The translations under genes were made by a program, and so were the position numbers. This document shows positions 40,731 to 55,569 of a stretch of 64,000 nt of DNA, one piece after another. The notes under the pieces are model-generated. The model had not been told where the DNA came from. It searched no databases and worked only from the letters and a program-made list of their open reading frames with translations. Numbering within the stretch: the first letter of the stretch is position 1; each line of letters opens with the position of its first letter. This DNA comes from Eledone cirrhosa. Lineage: Eukaryota. The stretch spans positions 12,772,001 to 12,836,000 of the forward strand of contig OZ024750.1 in NCBI GenBank assembly GCA_964016885.1, written 5' to 3'.

Positions 40731-43700
40731 ACACACACACATATATATATATATACATGTCTAGACATGTGTATGTATACACAAGAAGTGATTTTACTTC
40801 TTTCTTTTGGATAAAAGTAGCTATAAGTGGTTCATGGAAACAAAAAACAAAGTTTTAACATATTTTAATGCTATTATTACGTAAAACCTTGTTTCAAATG
40901 AATAGATAGAGAATCACCCGAGGAGATGTACTTAACAACTTGTCTGTAATAATTTCTTCACAACTGATAAAGTTCATAAATATTTTATGAATTTTTATGA
41001 AATACATTCATTTCAATTAAATGATGAAGAATTTTGAAGGATTTACTAAATTAATAATTATTTAATAATTATTTAATTACTCAGATATTATCTTAACACA
41101 TGATTCTTATATATAATTAATGTTGGAAGATTTTAATTTAAATAGAAACCCTTTAAAGTAGGTGATTTAGTTTCATAGAACCAGGGCCATTTTTCGGGAG
41201 TTTGGTATAAAAAAGCTGAAGCTGATAGCTTATCCCAAATGGAAAATTATTCTAAAATTCTATTAATAATATTCTTATATTCAATTATCTTATAGCACTT
41301 GCACCAACCATTATTGAAGTTTTCAGTTTTACAGCTAGACAAAAATAATTGACATTTCCTCTTCTTGTCAGCCTTTTGAATTATTTAAGACTATGGACAT
41401 TTCTAAAGTTAATAATTTAAACATTATATTTATGAATTCATTTATTCATGGAAAAATAACCTTGTAGATTCCTACTTTCATCAAATTACATTGCTGTGTG
41501 CTGATAGTAATACTATACTGAATAAGATTACTTTGTCATTGAGATAAATGTACACATCTTTAAAGGTCCTTTAATCAACAGCTAATATTCTTTTATCACC
41601 TGGGATAATCAATACTATATTCTTCCTTATTTTGTTGTCATGGTTATCAATTCAGTTAGAATACAGCTATATTATAACTTGTGGAATGTAAGAGAGTGAA
41701 TACAAGTTTCTTAAAATGACTATCCTAACCTATTCACTAGTTTAAAATGTATGCCCTTGTTAATGCATGATAGTATACTTCATTTAAAGCTAGAATTCTT
41801 TAACTGAGATAATTAAGTCTCTTAATCAAAAATCTTTTAAACTACAGCTACAGAAATAACTAAAAAAAACTATTTTGTAATCAATAAGTTTCAAAATGCC
41901 GGTAAGATGCGGTAGAAAAATACGAAGGGAAAATGATGACAAATAAAACAAAACAAAGTAATGTTTTACCCAATGTATTTTAGTGTGATATTTCAGGGCT
42001 AATACCCTCTTTTCAGATGTGAAGCTGAAACAGTTCAAAACAAAACTAGCGATCAAAGTATTCTTCCCTAACTGGCTAATGTCTTTAAAACGTATGTGGG
42101 GGGTTGCTGCAGTAACCATTCTGACTTATGCAGAAAATTATCGATCTTGTACTACATAGCTCACAATGCTTCGTATTAACTACGCTACTACTTCTCATAA
42201 TATTTTAGTCTATATTTCCATGAGTATTTTTATAATCATTATTATTGGTCAACTATACAAGGTTAGATTTTAGTAAATATTTCTGGAACTTTAATAATTT
42301 GGTATGGAAAATCTCAGATAAGTTTCAGCTGGCAACCACTATATCATTAAATATTTGACTCTAGTGCCAAGATTTAGAATTAGACTGAAGTTTCCAATCT
42401 GTTTTTAAGTTAGAAATACTTCTTAAGAGATAAAAATGAATTATGATTGACAAAGATTAGAAAAAGTAATGATATGTTTTGACTCGAGAATGAAACATTG
42501 ATAAAATTAGTTCAAAAGGCTACTGATGAAAGTTAAAGAAGAAAAACAATTCAATAAAAATAATTTCTATAACAATAATTTGTTGAACAGAGAAATCTTT
42601 CTTGTTTTAAACTGAGATGGTAACTTAATGAATGATATTGAACTTTTAGATAGTAATAAGATAAAAAATAGTTTCAATATTTTAAAAAATGTGCTACAGA
42701 CAGAAATGCCGATTTGTCACTTAGAGGATATAAAAAACTTTTCAATAACAAGTAATGACCAATTTAATAATGAACATGCCTGGAAGTCTCGAAATTTAAT
42801 TGTTTTTTGTTTCTTTAATGTATAATTAATGGTTGCATCTAAAATTAAAGTCATTATTATTTGATGAAATAAAAAATTATTTCTTTCTTCATGAAAAGAT
42901 GAGGAAAACAAGTTGGATATTAATGAGAGAAATGTGTCTTGTGTAAAATAAAAATTACTGATGGATGCAGTTCTCTTGTATATCATGTGAACATTTCAGA
43001 CTAATAGTGCAAGCTAATGAAAGATTTGCTAGTTATTCAGTGCTCCCACCCATTACAGAAGTGAGCTGTGCCTGCAAATGTCACCTATTTACAGGTAATA
43101 ATAGTAAGAATTAAGTATCTATGCCATGCACAAATCAGAATTTTTCACAAGTAGTAGGCACTTTTATGACTCAGATTGCTGCAACTCTCTCTCCCGCATA
43201 AAATAATATTGTCTTTAATTTAATTTGAATAATTAATTCTAGAAAATCAAATTTAAAAAAAAGTTAATATTTGTCTTAATTTCTGTTGATGGTTTAACCA
43301 CGAGATACTGAATATCAGTTTTATTAATAGGAGATAAATGTTATGTCTGTTAGTTCATCAAACATGTCACTAGGTAACACACCAATTACAAACAACATAG
43401 GCAATGCAAAAGAGGATAATGGAAAATCTAGAAAGAAATCATGTAAGGTTTCATGCATACAAATTCTTACTATTTGCAATAATGTGATTTCAATTTCATA
43501 TCTTCACAGCTCAATATATTTAATTCAAGGAAAATATTTAGAAATTTGCTTATGTAACTTTGTGTACTAAACTTTTTATCTTTTATAAGTAACATAATGT
43601 TCAGTCTCAAATATTTGACATTCACTTAATTACTTTATTTGATATACTTATTACTTAACTAGTATTTGACTTGTCTCTTTATGTCCTATTAGTTTGTTAA

Positions 43701-43958
43701 ATAACATAGATATATATATAAGCAATAAATAGTCTAACCAGATACTGGCAAAAAAGAAGCATCTTTCAGAGTAGTTTGTGCTTTTAATGAAATCTGAAAT
43801 ATTCCCTATAAACACACTTCTACATTGTTGAAATCTTATGCATGAATCTTTTATTTTGGCTTCACTTTATTTTGTTATAGAATTCTAAACAACATAGTAT
43901 CAAGAATTTCTGACAAGAAAGATGGTTAAAATCTAAAGAAAGAACTAAAGGCTACAGG

Positions 43959-44020
<62 letters not shown>

Positions 44021-44636
44021 CTGGAAAATATTATATAATAATGTATGTCTTTATATATCATATTTTAGAATTTAAATGTAACATGTCATTTCATGCTGGT
44101 AGAAATAATTATAGAAACAACAACTATAAAGGAATTGTTAAATAACCATGATACAAGAAAACTATTTTGGGATAAAACAGTGAAAACCTGGTGTCGATAT
44201 CAGAGAATAGCAGATTTAAAGAAAAAAATATTAAAATTTTGTTGACAGTTTGTTAGCATCTTAGCATATACTATAAAAATATCTAGTCAGAGAAGTAAAA
44301 ATCATCTTGTTTGAAATACATACATAACAATATTTCTATTCTTCACCAAGGTTAAAGAAAGTAAATCATCTGAAATATTATTCTATCATTATATATATTT
44401 TTACAAAAACAAGATTTATGCTTTTCTATAGACTAAACCATAAATATGTTGGATTTAGTTGAAGCTATTAACTATGTATCCATCAGCCACTTGCTTGTTT
44501 ATCAATTTTGATCAGGAATCCTACAGCAAAATATACTCAGCTCATGTGGAGTTTTGTTCATAACATCCAACCTGGCTTTGTTTAGTCCTTAAGCAAGATA
44601 GATACATAATTCTCTTGTCTCTACACAACTGAGCTG

Positions 44637-44687
44637 AAAAATTGTCAACATCCCCCTTTCACAAGTCAGTATCAGTAGTTGGCGTTT

Positions 44688-44741
<54 letters not shown>

Positions 44742-45282
44742 AACCAGTAAGATCCCGACAGCTGAGCTCAAGCCGTTTCAACGGTTAATTCCGTCCAGAA
44801 ACGGCTTGAGCTCAGCTGTCGGGGTCTTACTGGTTCCTATTACCCACTCTACTACCTCAAGTATTGAGTACTTTGGTGCGTTATGGTCCACCTGGTTCCT
44901 TACCACATTTCCTCCGTTATATATATATATATATATATATATGCACATCTGATCAAATCGTAAAAGTATGGTAATCAAGATAAAATAATAAAATAATAAA
45001 AGTTTCTCAATTTTTTCTCTTTAATTTAAACGCAAAATGGTAGTTTATACCTATTTTATACCTATTTTATACCTATTTTATACCTACATGTTATTATATA
45101 TAAGTTAATTAAGTTTGACAGACAAATATGACTTCAGAAGTAATTAACTTATATATAATAACATGTAGGTATAAAATAGGTATAAACTACCATTTTGTGT
45201 TTAAATTAAAGAGAAAAAATTGAGAAACTTTTATTATTTTATTATTTTATTTTGATTACCATACTTTTACGATTTGATCAGA

Positions 45283-45324
<42 letters not shown>

Positions 45325-45406
45325 AAACACCAACTACTGATACTGACTTGTGAAAGGGGGATGTTGACAATTTTTAAGTTTGACAGACAAATATGACTTC
45401 AGAAGT
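44637..45406. repeat. Inverted duplication of host DNA with 31-bp direct repeat
   Basis: 44637-45110 is inverted at 45142-45375. The spacer aagtttgacagacaaatatgacttcagaagt (45111-45141) recurs at 45376-45406. Confidence 0.9.
44738..44918 (+). mobile_element. (TA)n-inserted fold-back element, family P1
   Basis: Arms 44738-44779 / 44798-44839 plus the conserved tail. Absent from the duplicated (TA)n in the other arm. Confidence 0.85.
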
Positions 45407-48400
45407 AAGTAAATAGAATAATCTGATAGACCCAGAATCTTAATTAAATGGTTGTAATAAGGTATGACGTCAGTCATCTAGCACTTAACCAAAACCATTC
45501 TGTCTCAGAATTTAAAAATATTATTAAACCTAAGAAAAAAGGGTTTTACTGTCTTTACAGACATGAAATATATATTAAAATCAATCATCATTACTGTTTT
45601 ACATCCATTCTTCCACATTAGCATGGGTAATCTAAAAGATATTTATGCTAAATTTCTTTCAAATGTTGATTTTTACTCTAATTAGGAAATTAATACACAT
45701 GTGAATTCATTTCCATTTAAGAAGTTATATTAAATAATTTCACTTATTCAGAAGTGGCTCATCTTTTTGTAATGTGCAGTATCTCTACAACATTAAGTAA
45801 TCCTATCACAATAAAGACATAATTCATTGTAACAAAGAATGTACTGTAAGTGTTATGTTTTATCATTGTTGTTTTTTTTAAGTAGGTTTTAATAAAATAA
45901 AGTAGTTGATGAAATAAACACAGTGAGTAGTTTAATTGAATAATACAAGTAGTCATACATAGCTTTTATATTTTTATATAGAAAAGTACTTTATATCCAT
46001 AGTTTTAAATTTTAATAACATAAACAGTGTCAGATTTTGTCTTGTTTAGGCTCTAAGCTATTTAAAGCTTGGAGATGTTAAAAATTTACACCATAGTTTC
46101 TCATTAAATCATTTTGAGGTAATTTGCAGATTGTGAGACCCTTAGTTGTAACAAAGTTAACTTATGCCTAAATCTATCCCTGAGCATAAACATTTTTTTA
46201 AAAAACCTTTCCAGTTATTTTAGCAGAAACTGTTTATCAACTCGAATTTACCTAAACTATTCATGTTTGTGTTTACATTTTTTAAATAATAAAATAATAG
46301 ATACTCTACACACACCCGCCTCCTCTGTCAGTTATTTTTAATTGATAAACTTTTTTAAGTATTAGAAATATGTTCTGGATTTTTATATTAGTTTCTGTAT
46401 TTAGTTAGCAGTAAATTATAGTGTAGGATTTACACTGCAATATGAAATAATTAATACAATAAGAGTGCTTCATCAATTATAGATTGTTTATCAGTTACCT
46501 TTAGGATTTATCTACTGGTAGTTCTTGGAGATTGTTAAGAGGGGATCTATTTTTTCTACAAATTTAGAGGAGGATAAACAGCGGAGAGGGTGTCTTGGAG
46601 TAACATGCAAGAAGACTGGAAAATAAAATATCTCTAGAATTTTGCAAGAGGCCAGTGGAAAATGTTTTACTACGAAGAAATATACCGATATTCAGTTAAT
46701 TGATCAACTACAGCAAATTTGCTTTGTATGAAAATGACAGTTTTCTGAGGAAAAAACAACTTTTCTGGATAGCAGTAAAATATCTTTTTATAAATAGGAA
46801 GAAGGAAAAAAAGATGTTTCATAGTGTAGACATTCGAAAACATTCCAACTAAGCAAAACAATCTACAATTGAAATTCTGAAGACTCCTCGTTTCTTCTGT
46901 TGATATCATATGTTTTCAGACTTACTAAAAACACTCATTTTTCTGAATATATTTGGTTGTTGTTAAATTTCTTTATAGAAAGTGTAAAATTATTTTTATA
47001 GAAACTTCAAGCTATTCTAAAACGAATTTCATAGTTTTTCAAGTTTTTCATTTATGAATAAATGTTTAGTTTCTGGGGCCTTGAAAATATATCTTATTCA
47101 CTATGAATATTGATCCTGAATGTTTATATATTAGAATCAATAGATTGTTAACGAATAATCTATATTGGAAAAATATCTGAATAGAATATTGGATCATATT
47201 TTTTACCCTATTCTAGTATGTTTCTGCTTTTACTTCACTTTAAAATCTTAAATCTTAAAGTTGAGTATTTTATAAAAATTATATTCATTAATTATATTTC
47301 CCAACAAAGGAAAATATTGACTAAAAGTATTAAATCACATTTTTTTAAGGACCAAGTTCAAAGTTTTAACCAAAATATAACATTTTGATTTTATGCTTTG
47401 AACTTTGATTTTACAGTTAATGACATAACTATACAAGATAATTTTCAGAAGAAATCTTCAAAATTGACTCATTAATGTGAAAGGCAAAATTTACATCTAA
47501 GGATAAGCAGAGTTAAAAAATGTTAACATGATATATCAGTTTCAACTTGATGAATTAGATTATGGAATCAAAATTATTCATTTTTATAGCTGATATCCCT
47601 CTTTGTATTAAAACAAATTAAGTAAAATAAACAACTATCAAACTGCTATTTGAAACATTTTAACTACAATTCTTGGATTTTCTCTAATATTCTGTCACAG
47701 AATCTCTTGTAATGATAAGTTCAAAATAATGATGTCATTATTAGGAAAAAAATAAAAAGACATGACAACCTCCCTGATGCTGTGGTCATTATAAAATATA
47801 TTCTGTAAAGTAAATGAACATATGTAAGCAAGTTGCAGGCACCTGGCTCATCTGAGTACTCAGTAAAGTACAGGAATGTAGGTAAGTGAGAAGCAGGCTC
47901 TTGGCCTATCTCAGGGGTCAGTAGAACTACTTGAGTACTGACTTTCGTTGTGGTGCTCTATCCAACCCTTGCTAAAAACAGGTTTTAAATAATGATGTTG
48001 AAACCCCATCGCAATACTAAAAACTATATATTGTAATAGATCTTTCATAGAATCAATGAAAGAACTTTAAGAAAAATACATTCAAACACTGAAATGAGTA
48101 AATGCTGTGTTATCTCAAGTCTAATGATACTGAGAAAGCAAATGCATTTAGTATTCAGGAAGAAGATCCTGACTAAATATTGCAAATCAGTAACACAAAT
48201 AGTTTCACCACTGAGAATTTATTGGTGTCTGTACAGACACAGCATGTTTGATTCTCAATCAATACAAGGATATCATAGATTGCTTTTATACACCATTAGA
48301 AGAATAACGAAAGTGTATAATCTTAAATAGCATGATCATGTAGAGATAATGGATAATGAAAATAAGCAAATAATGGTAGATAATAACAAGAACTGATGTT

Positions 48401-48947
48401 TATATCAACCAACTTAATTAAACAAGCTATAGAAAAGAACAGATGTCCAAGACACAAACTAGAGAGAAGTTATTTTATTGACCTGTCTAATTAATAGAGA
48501 GAATAAATATTTGAGTGCATCTGTGTTTTCTCTGGTGGTCTTTATTGTGTGAGTGAAACAGATACTTTGAAACTACGATTAATTTGGTTTACTTGTCTTT
48601 GTGTTTAATCCTAATGTAAAACAATACTAAATATAAATAATAACTGTGTTTCATGGGTGAGGGAGATGGTGCCTTGATAAAAAGAATGCTGGTGGGGCAC
48701 CTTATCATCATTATCTCTTTAAATGAGTGAAATGATAGACAATAATGTATAGAATAATGGTGTTAATGGAGCTGGAACTAAAGGTGAAGGCATTTCACTT
48801 GACAGGTGTCCCATTGTGGAGCAGGGTGGGCCTGGTCTTAATTATATGACTACTAGCTCGTATACCTACACTAGGAGACAGAAATGGGATAAAGAGATAA
48901 ATAAGATAGTGGTAGGAATACTGGATGAGAAGTGAATAAACAAAGTC

Positions 48948-49001
<54 letters not shown>

Positions 49002-50524
49002 GAATTGCTAGAGAGGCTGAGTTCCTTCACTGTGAATAACTATCTAGAATATGACTGTTGTGTGCATGGTATTTTAAATCTTTATGAGGGACTGTTGAAG
49101 GTTAGCAAACTTTGGTGAAGGCAAAGATGATTTAAACAATTGAAAGTGACTTTTATCTGATAAAACAAAACAAAATGAAGAACTCATAAACATGAAATAA
49201 CTGAGTTTGAAATATTGTGATTTAGTGATTATAGCTTTGAAACAGATGTGGGAAAATTATAATAAAAATAATGTTAAAAGAAACAGTGATAGAGATGAAG
49301 ATGAGGTGATGATGAGATGATGATAGTGATGCACTATTTTTTAGATTACAACCTAGAGTCGTACAGTGATTTCCTAAAAGTTATAATGTTTCTTAGAAAA
49401 ATGTTGCACATTATAAAAGAGAGTCTATTTGAAGCCCTACAGCCTCCTCTATGTGAAATAATTTCATAAATACTTATATGTTAACCTATTTCTGAGATGT
49501 CTGTCTAAATATAATTAAGGTGTAGAGGTAGAAAACCATGTATGTCAAGTCTTCAACTACTATAACTTTCTACATTCTTCAGCCCTATTTATAGTCTTCC
49601 AACATACTTATCATTTCTCATCCAAATGAAGGACCCTACCTGAAATATCAAAATTACCTTCCTTCTTCTCAAGGCACAAAAACGTAATTGATTTTGTGAA
49701 GTATATATCTGAGGATGTTTGAAGTATAATTTTGCAATGAACAGTTCTAAAACTTAGCAGAGATGTGTGAATATATATAGGTATATATATATATATGCGA
49801 ATAAGACCATTGATTACTTTAACCCATAAACAAAACACTCAGAAAATATCATAAACCTCAATCCCCTCTGAAGTATTATTTTTCAACCAAGATGTGTAGC
49901 ACTGCGGTGTTCTTTGTGCCTTTTTTTCTTTTTGTCACATCTAATGTTCCCTAACTATTGAATTTATGTCCATGAACATGAACGGTCATCTCATTTCATG
50001 GTGTGCGTTTTTCAATGGCTCAATGGAATGTCATATTGACTGGTTGCTTGGTCCTTCAAGATGAAATAATTTGGTATTTCTATGCTAAGAACCTACACAG
50101 AATATTATTGAGAGCTTCTGGACATTTTCTTTCACTAAAATATCAGCAGGTTAATGCTGCTTTTGAATTTAATACATCTGTAAAGGCATTCAATCTGCTT
50201 TCATTGAAAAAGAGCCTCTTTGGAAATCCAAATTAACTGCTAGGAATCTCCAATTGGAAAAAGTTTTAAAAACACAACTGGCTTTTACATTTGTGCTTTG
50301 TGATATATATTGTGAAGTTATGTCACTTCACCCCCATCTGAACCCCTCTCCTACACAGATCCTTTCAATAAAATTTCAAGAAAGAATTTGTAAAGAAACT
50401 GAAGACTGATTCGTTGGATTAAGTGATTTGATGGTTTGCCTTACAATTTAGCATTTCCTTAAAATAAATACACTTTCCAGAAGTAAAGGAAAATAACTAA
50501 ATTCTCTGAATATTTAATAAATAC

Positions 50525-50555
<31 letters not shown>

Positions 50556-50861
50556 TATATTTTACGAACTTTCTGATGACACAAGATTGAGTGTGGTTTC
50601 TGCTTAATATCAAATTCCTCAAAATAAGGGGCTCAGATAATAATATATATACACACTATATATTAATAATGGAGTTCAAGTGAGGTGTTTTTTTTTACGA
50701 TTTCTTATTTATCCCTTATATTCTTTCCTCACATTTTTACTCTTTTACTTATTCAGCTGACTGGCTGAGGTCATGCTGGAGCATTTAGAAACATGTAGAA
50801 AATAAGATGTCTTAACTTTTTGATTTTAGACAATCACTCAATATATACGCACACATATTTG

Positions 50862-50896
<35 letters not shown>

Positions 50897-50898
<2 letters not shown>

Positions 50899-51019
50899 GG
50901 AAAAGAGTGAGGACCCCAATGGCTGTGCTCCGGCCATTTCGACAGCTAGATCTGAACCCTAAGTATCGAGTACTCTGGTGCATTATGGTCCACCTGATTT
51001 CCTACCACATATTCTTTGT

Positions 51020-51020
<1 letters not shown>
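50897..51020 (+). mobile_element. Family P1 element lacking the right arm
   Basis: Left arm TAGGAAAAGAGT...GATCTGAAC fused directly to the tail CCTAAGTATCGAGTACTCTGG. Confidence 0.75.
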
Positions 51021-51072
<52 letters not shown>

Positions 51073-52801
51073 CAGTGCATATATTTACAGGTTTAACTTT
51101 ACTAATTTTCTTTAGACACTAACTCGATAGCTTTTCAATTGTTGAGGAATATCAGCACTCTTATGTATAACCACCTTTACAAGTGCGATATATTGTGATC
51201 TTATCATTGGCTTTACAAATATGTCAATAAAAACAAACTGCACACAGAAGAGACAATAATTACTGTTGTTTTAATAATTATTATTGATCCATATAATTGA
51301 CCTCAATTTACAAATACACATACATAAAAACACCACATTTACATACAGAAACACAGGCACCTACACACTCTCACACAGACACATACACACACACATACAC
51401 TGAAGTTGCTAACAGATTGTTTTGTAGGATACTTCACATGATGTGCGTACAATACATAAATAAGTTTACAAACAGGGATAAACAGGCATTGTACGATCAG
51501 AAATTACAATATTCTTTACAATACTCGTTACAATATACTGGCCTATTTAAAAGGAAATATTTATCAAATTATATTTCATATTTTTCATATCAAACCTGTT
51601 AAAATACGTCATTTCCCATTTATCCCTCTTTTTTTCTTCTTCTTTAGATTATAATATGTCAACCTTTTGATAATGTACAATTATATATTTGATACTACTT
51701 TGTAAAGAATTTTATTTAAATCATATATCAAAACATTTTTGAAACTTCAATTTTCTTTTTCTCTCTGTCAAATATACCTGTGCTATTTATACATTTACTA
51801 ATACATACATGCATATATATATATATATATATATGATTGTGATGCCTTTAGTATTGGATCTATCTAAATTTTCCATTATATATATATATATATGTATACA
51901 TATAACTCTCTATCTATCTATATATATATGCATACAAGGATTTTGGTTATATTCCACGCAATATCAAAAGGTTGACATACTATTCTGTTGTGTAAATATA
52001 CTTTGATTGTCAGAAACAAGCATAAATCACCATAACACCCTATCAACATCTAATAAGTCTTGTAGTTTGTTTTATATGCTGCCAGAAATGTGCATGATCT
52101 TTGTAAAAAATATGAAACAAAGAAAATGCAAAATTACATATATATACGAAAACATCATATTATCAAGTCTATAAGAGAATATTTTAAAATAATTAATACA
52201 ATATGCCACAAATATAAGTTTTGAAACAAATTTTAAGGTATAAAATATTCATAATTAAATTTCAACTAAAACATTTTCTAGTTAAAGAATTGCATAAAGT
52301 AAATATCAAATAATATTAAAAACATATTTGAGTTACATTTCCAGATCAATTGTTATTATCCATAGATACAATTCGTTATAAGCAATAAAACAAGTATTTA
52401 GTGTTAGCTTTGTGTCATATTTAATTAGTATTTATTTAACAGCCTTTATATAAACTGTGACAACACATGATAGCTATTAATATTCCAATTATTATCTTAA
52501 ACAAAATTATATTACATCTATGACATGACAATAACACTAGGAGACAGTGAGAGACAAGAAGCAAAATAGTCCAAGAAGAAAAAAAATATATATATGCATA
52601 TCTATTTTGATTCAGTCAGAATATTTTTATAAATAATCAATATGAATCTGCCATCTCAAAGCAAGCTAAACAAATACATTCACAAACATATAACAACTGT
52701 TATCTTTATATAAAGTATTATACTGTTTTTCTTTATCAAAATACTAATAATTTTCTGTATCACTGACCTGTTTATCTCACAGATGAAAACTAATATAGAA
52801 T

Positions 52802-52869
<68 letters not shown>

Positions 52870-53501
52870 ATAGAATGTAGTCTATATAGCTAACAATGGC
52901 CTATTAAATTCTTTCACTCATTTATCATCTGCACTTACTGTCCCTAAAATAATTCAAATTTACTCACAAAACTAAGTTATCCCTGCCTATTATGAGAAGC
53001 ATTCACCCAAACTGTAAAGGTAAATATCTACCACTTTATCCTTTACTTACAAACTAGATATTAATATATTTTTGTGAGTTCATCCTTTGATCGAATTGAT
53101 TGACAAGATCCCAGACCTCATTTGCTTATTGAGTAGGGTGGATCTCATCGAATCAGACCAAAGAAACAATGTTTCCATTGGTCTGTCCATTTTTGAAATT
53201 ATCTACCTGTCACAACTCTTGGCAGAAGAGCAATGCGAAATAAAGAGCATAACATATTGCCTGGTCTGGGAATCGAACTCACAACCTCACGATTGTAAAT
53301 CCAATTCCCTAACCACTATGCCATGTGACTTTGATATTTACATATATTTATTCATTTAGTTTTTATCTTTAGATATTGAAAATGTCCATTGTAAATAATC
53401 TTCAGTATTCTTCCAATAATTTAAAAGGACCCTTACTAATTCTGTCAAGAAAGATTAGTCATAAAAATATCTCACAGTGCTTCATATTAACTATACTACT
53501 T

Positions 53502-53543
<42 letters not shown>

Positions 53544-55208
53544 ATACTTTATATTTTCCATTATTAAACAACAATATTAAACTCTCCAACAATTATTTCT
53601 AGACCTTTACTCAGAAATATTCCTATTATTAATAAAACGGAAATTGTAAAACGCCTATAACTGCTTAGTAATATATAAGGAATATTAATATTTCTTTAAA
53701 TATTGCAGGAAATAATATAAATTAGTTTAATATTTCTCTTTTAATACAAATTACCAACATATGAAAATAAAACCAAGAAGTTTTTATGCAAAGAATAATA
53801 AAAATCTTAGACATTGTACATAAGAATTGGGGAATTAATTTAGAATTGGACACAATTATATTGTACAAAGAATTTCTTACTCTCAAAAACCAAAGAAATA
53901 TTTTTCTGTTTAAGAATATGGTATCATTGTATACACAAAAACAGATACAAAAACATTGTTCTACTTTGCCAAAAGCATATACAACATCTTTTTCTGTTCA
54001 TTTAAGCATTAAATACTTGCATGTTTTGATATAAAGCAAATTGACATAGAGCATTTTCTGGCAACATATAAAGCTTATGAAATGGGTTAGCAACTTCAGC
54101 AACAACCACCAATTTTTGAATTATTCACTTGAAACTTTGAAACTAAATCATTTTATTTTGATTCTTCTTTGTTAACTAAATATTTGGTTTAAAAGATTAA
54201 AGGACTCATTTCACAAACATTTTATTTTCTTACACTGAATTATCAGGTTAACATGATGTGTTTGTTAACCCAATTCAAGAGAAGATTAAAATAAGTTTAT
54301 GAAATTGAAATAAAAGCCAAACTCTATTTAATTTTTTTTAAAAATTAGTTTATAACATTGTTATTTAGTTGTTTTTTATTTTAGGAATAAAGTCTTTTTG
54401 TAATTGATTCTTTGTCTTTCCTTTATAGAGTTTTTCTTCTTTTATCCAACAGTAAAGTCACACACAATATTTCAAAAGTAGAATTACTGGTAAAAGTAAT
54501 CTACTTTATAAACTCAAATACTCCACAAGAGTTTTTTGTTTACCACGTGACATTAATTTTGGGAGGGGATAAAAAAAACATTAAAAAAATGAAGAGACCC
54601 TTCAAATATTATTCAAACCTTATAAATGATTTTTCAATAGATTTAAACTAAAAAAAAAATATTTCACCCTTTCCCAAATAAAAAATATATATTAATTTCT
54701 TCTATATCAATTTATATTAATATAGAGTAAAATATTAATTAATGTAAAAAGTATATAAATCACAACAAATGCAAATATTAATTATGTACTCAAATGAGAT
54801 GTCTGTCATTTTATTCATCTGCTTAATACAAGGCTGATTTTAAGTTTAATGAAAGAAGTTTATAAGGTAGATAAAAAGAAGGAAGTTTTTTTAATTTATA
54901 CTAAAGTTTAAGAGTAGATAAAGGAAGAAAGATTATGTCTGGGTTTTAAAAAATAATATATATAGAAACTTATAAGAAAGAAAACTGAGGAAAAAAAACT
55001 AAAGTATATTTGTTACTAATTGACTAATTTAATAACTAACTGCCTAGTGAGTTTGACATCTCTCCCAATAATCTTTCAATTAGATGAATGTCTTTCATAT
55101 CCATTTCTTATGGAAAGGACCTAGATTTCACCTTCGACTTCATTGGTGTTTGTTGGTATCACATTCTGGAAATGTTAAACTAACTGAATCAGAGATGTAA
55201 TAACTCAC

Positions 55209-55569
55209 CATCTGACGTCGGAATCTCCAGAAGTTTTACACTCCAATACAGCATCCTCACCTTCGGTAACTACAATATCATCAAATCTGCTTGAAAAAGA
55301 TGGATCAGTTGTTTCTGGTTCCTCTCCACTGCGTGTGGCAGCAGCAGCAGAGGTGGTCACCTCATAATCAGAGACATGACTGGAAGTCATTTTCTCAGCA
55401 GGCTCCACCGTCTTTGAAACACTTTTTACACCCCCCTCAATTTTTTGGTTGTCACTGTCAATTTGAATTTGAGGATCAGGTTTTTGTGTCTTCACAATAC
55501 AATCTAGACGAACATCGGTGCCTTCAATAACATCAATTGTATGAGGTAAATGTTTTATGAAGAATGGAG
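55209..55569 (-). CDS. Internal exon of titin/UNC-89(obscurin)-like Ig-domain muscle protein (degenerate Ig N-half, linker, N-half of I-set Ig)
   Basis: Acceptor ttcttctacttgcag|CT and donor TG|gtgagt. Translates (A)PFFIKHLPHTIDVIEGTDVRLDCIV...DPSFSSRFDDIVVTEGEDAVLECKTSGDSDVRW, a typical I-set A/A'/B/C strand pattern. The phase-2 end matches the exon starting at 13540. Confidence 0.88.

Noticed and set aside
41890-41912. CATCTTACCGG on minus strand resembling miR-8/200-5p; also TGGAATGTAA at ~41682 resembling miR-1
   Set aside because: Only ~10 nt match, with no partner arm or hairpin.
42019-42091. Possible plus-strand exon (ttttcag|...|gtatgt) suggesting a nested gene
   Set aside because: No recognisable peptide and no partner exons found.
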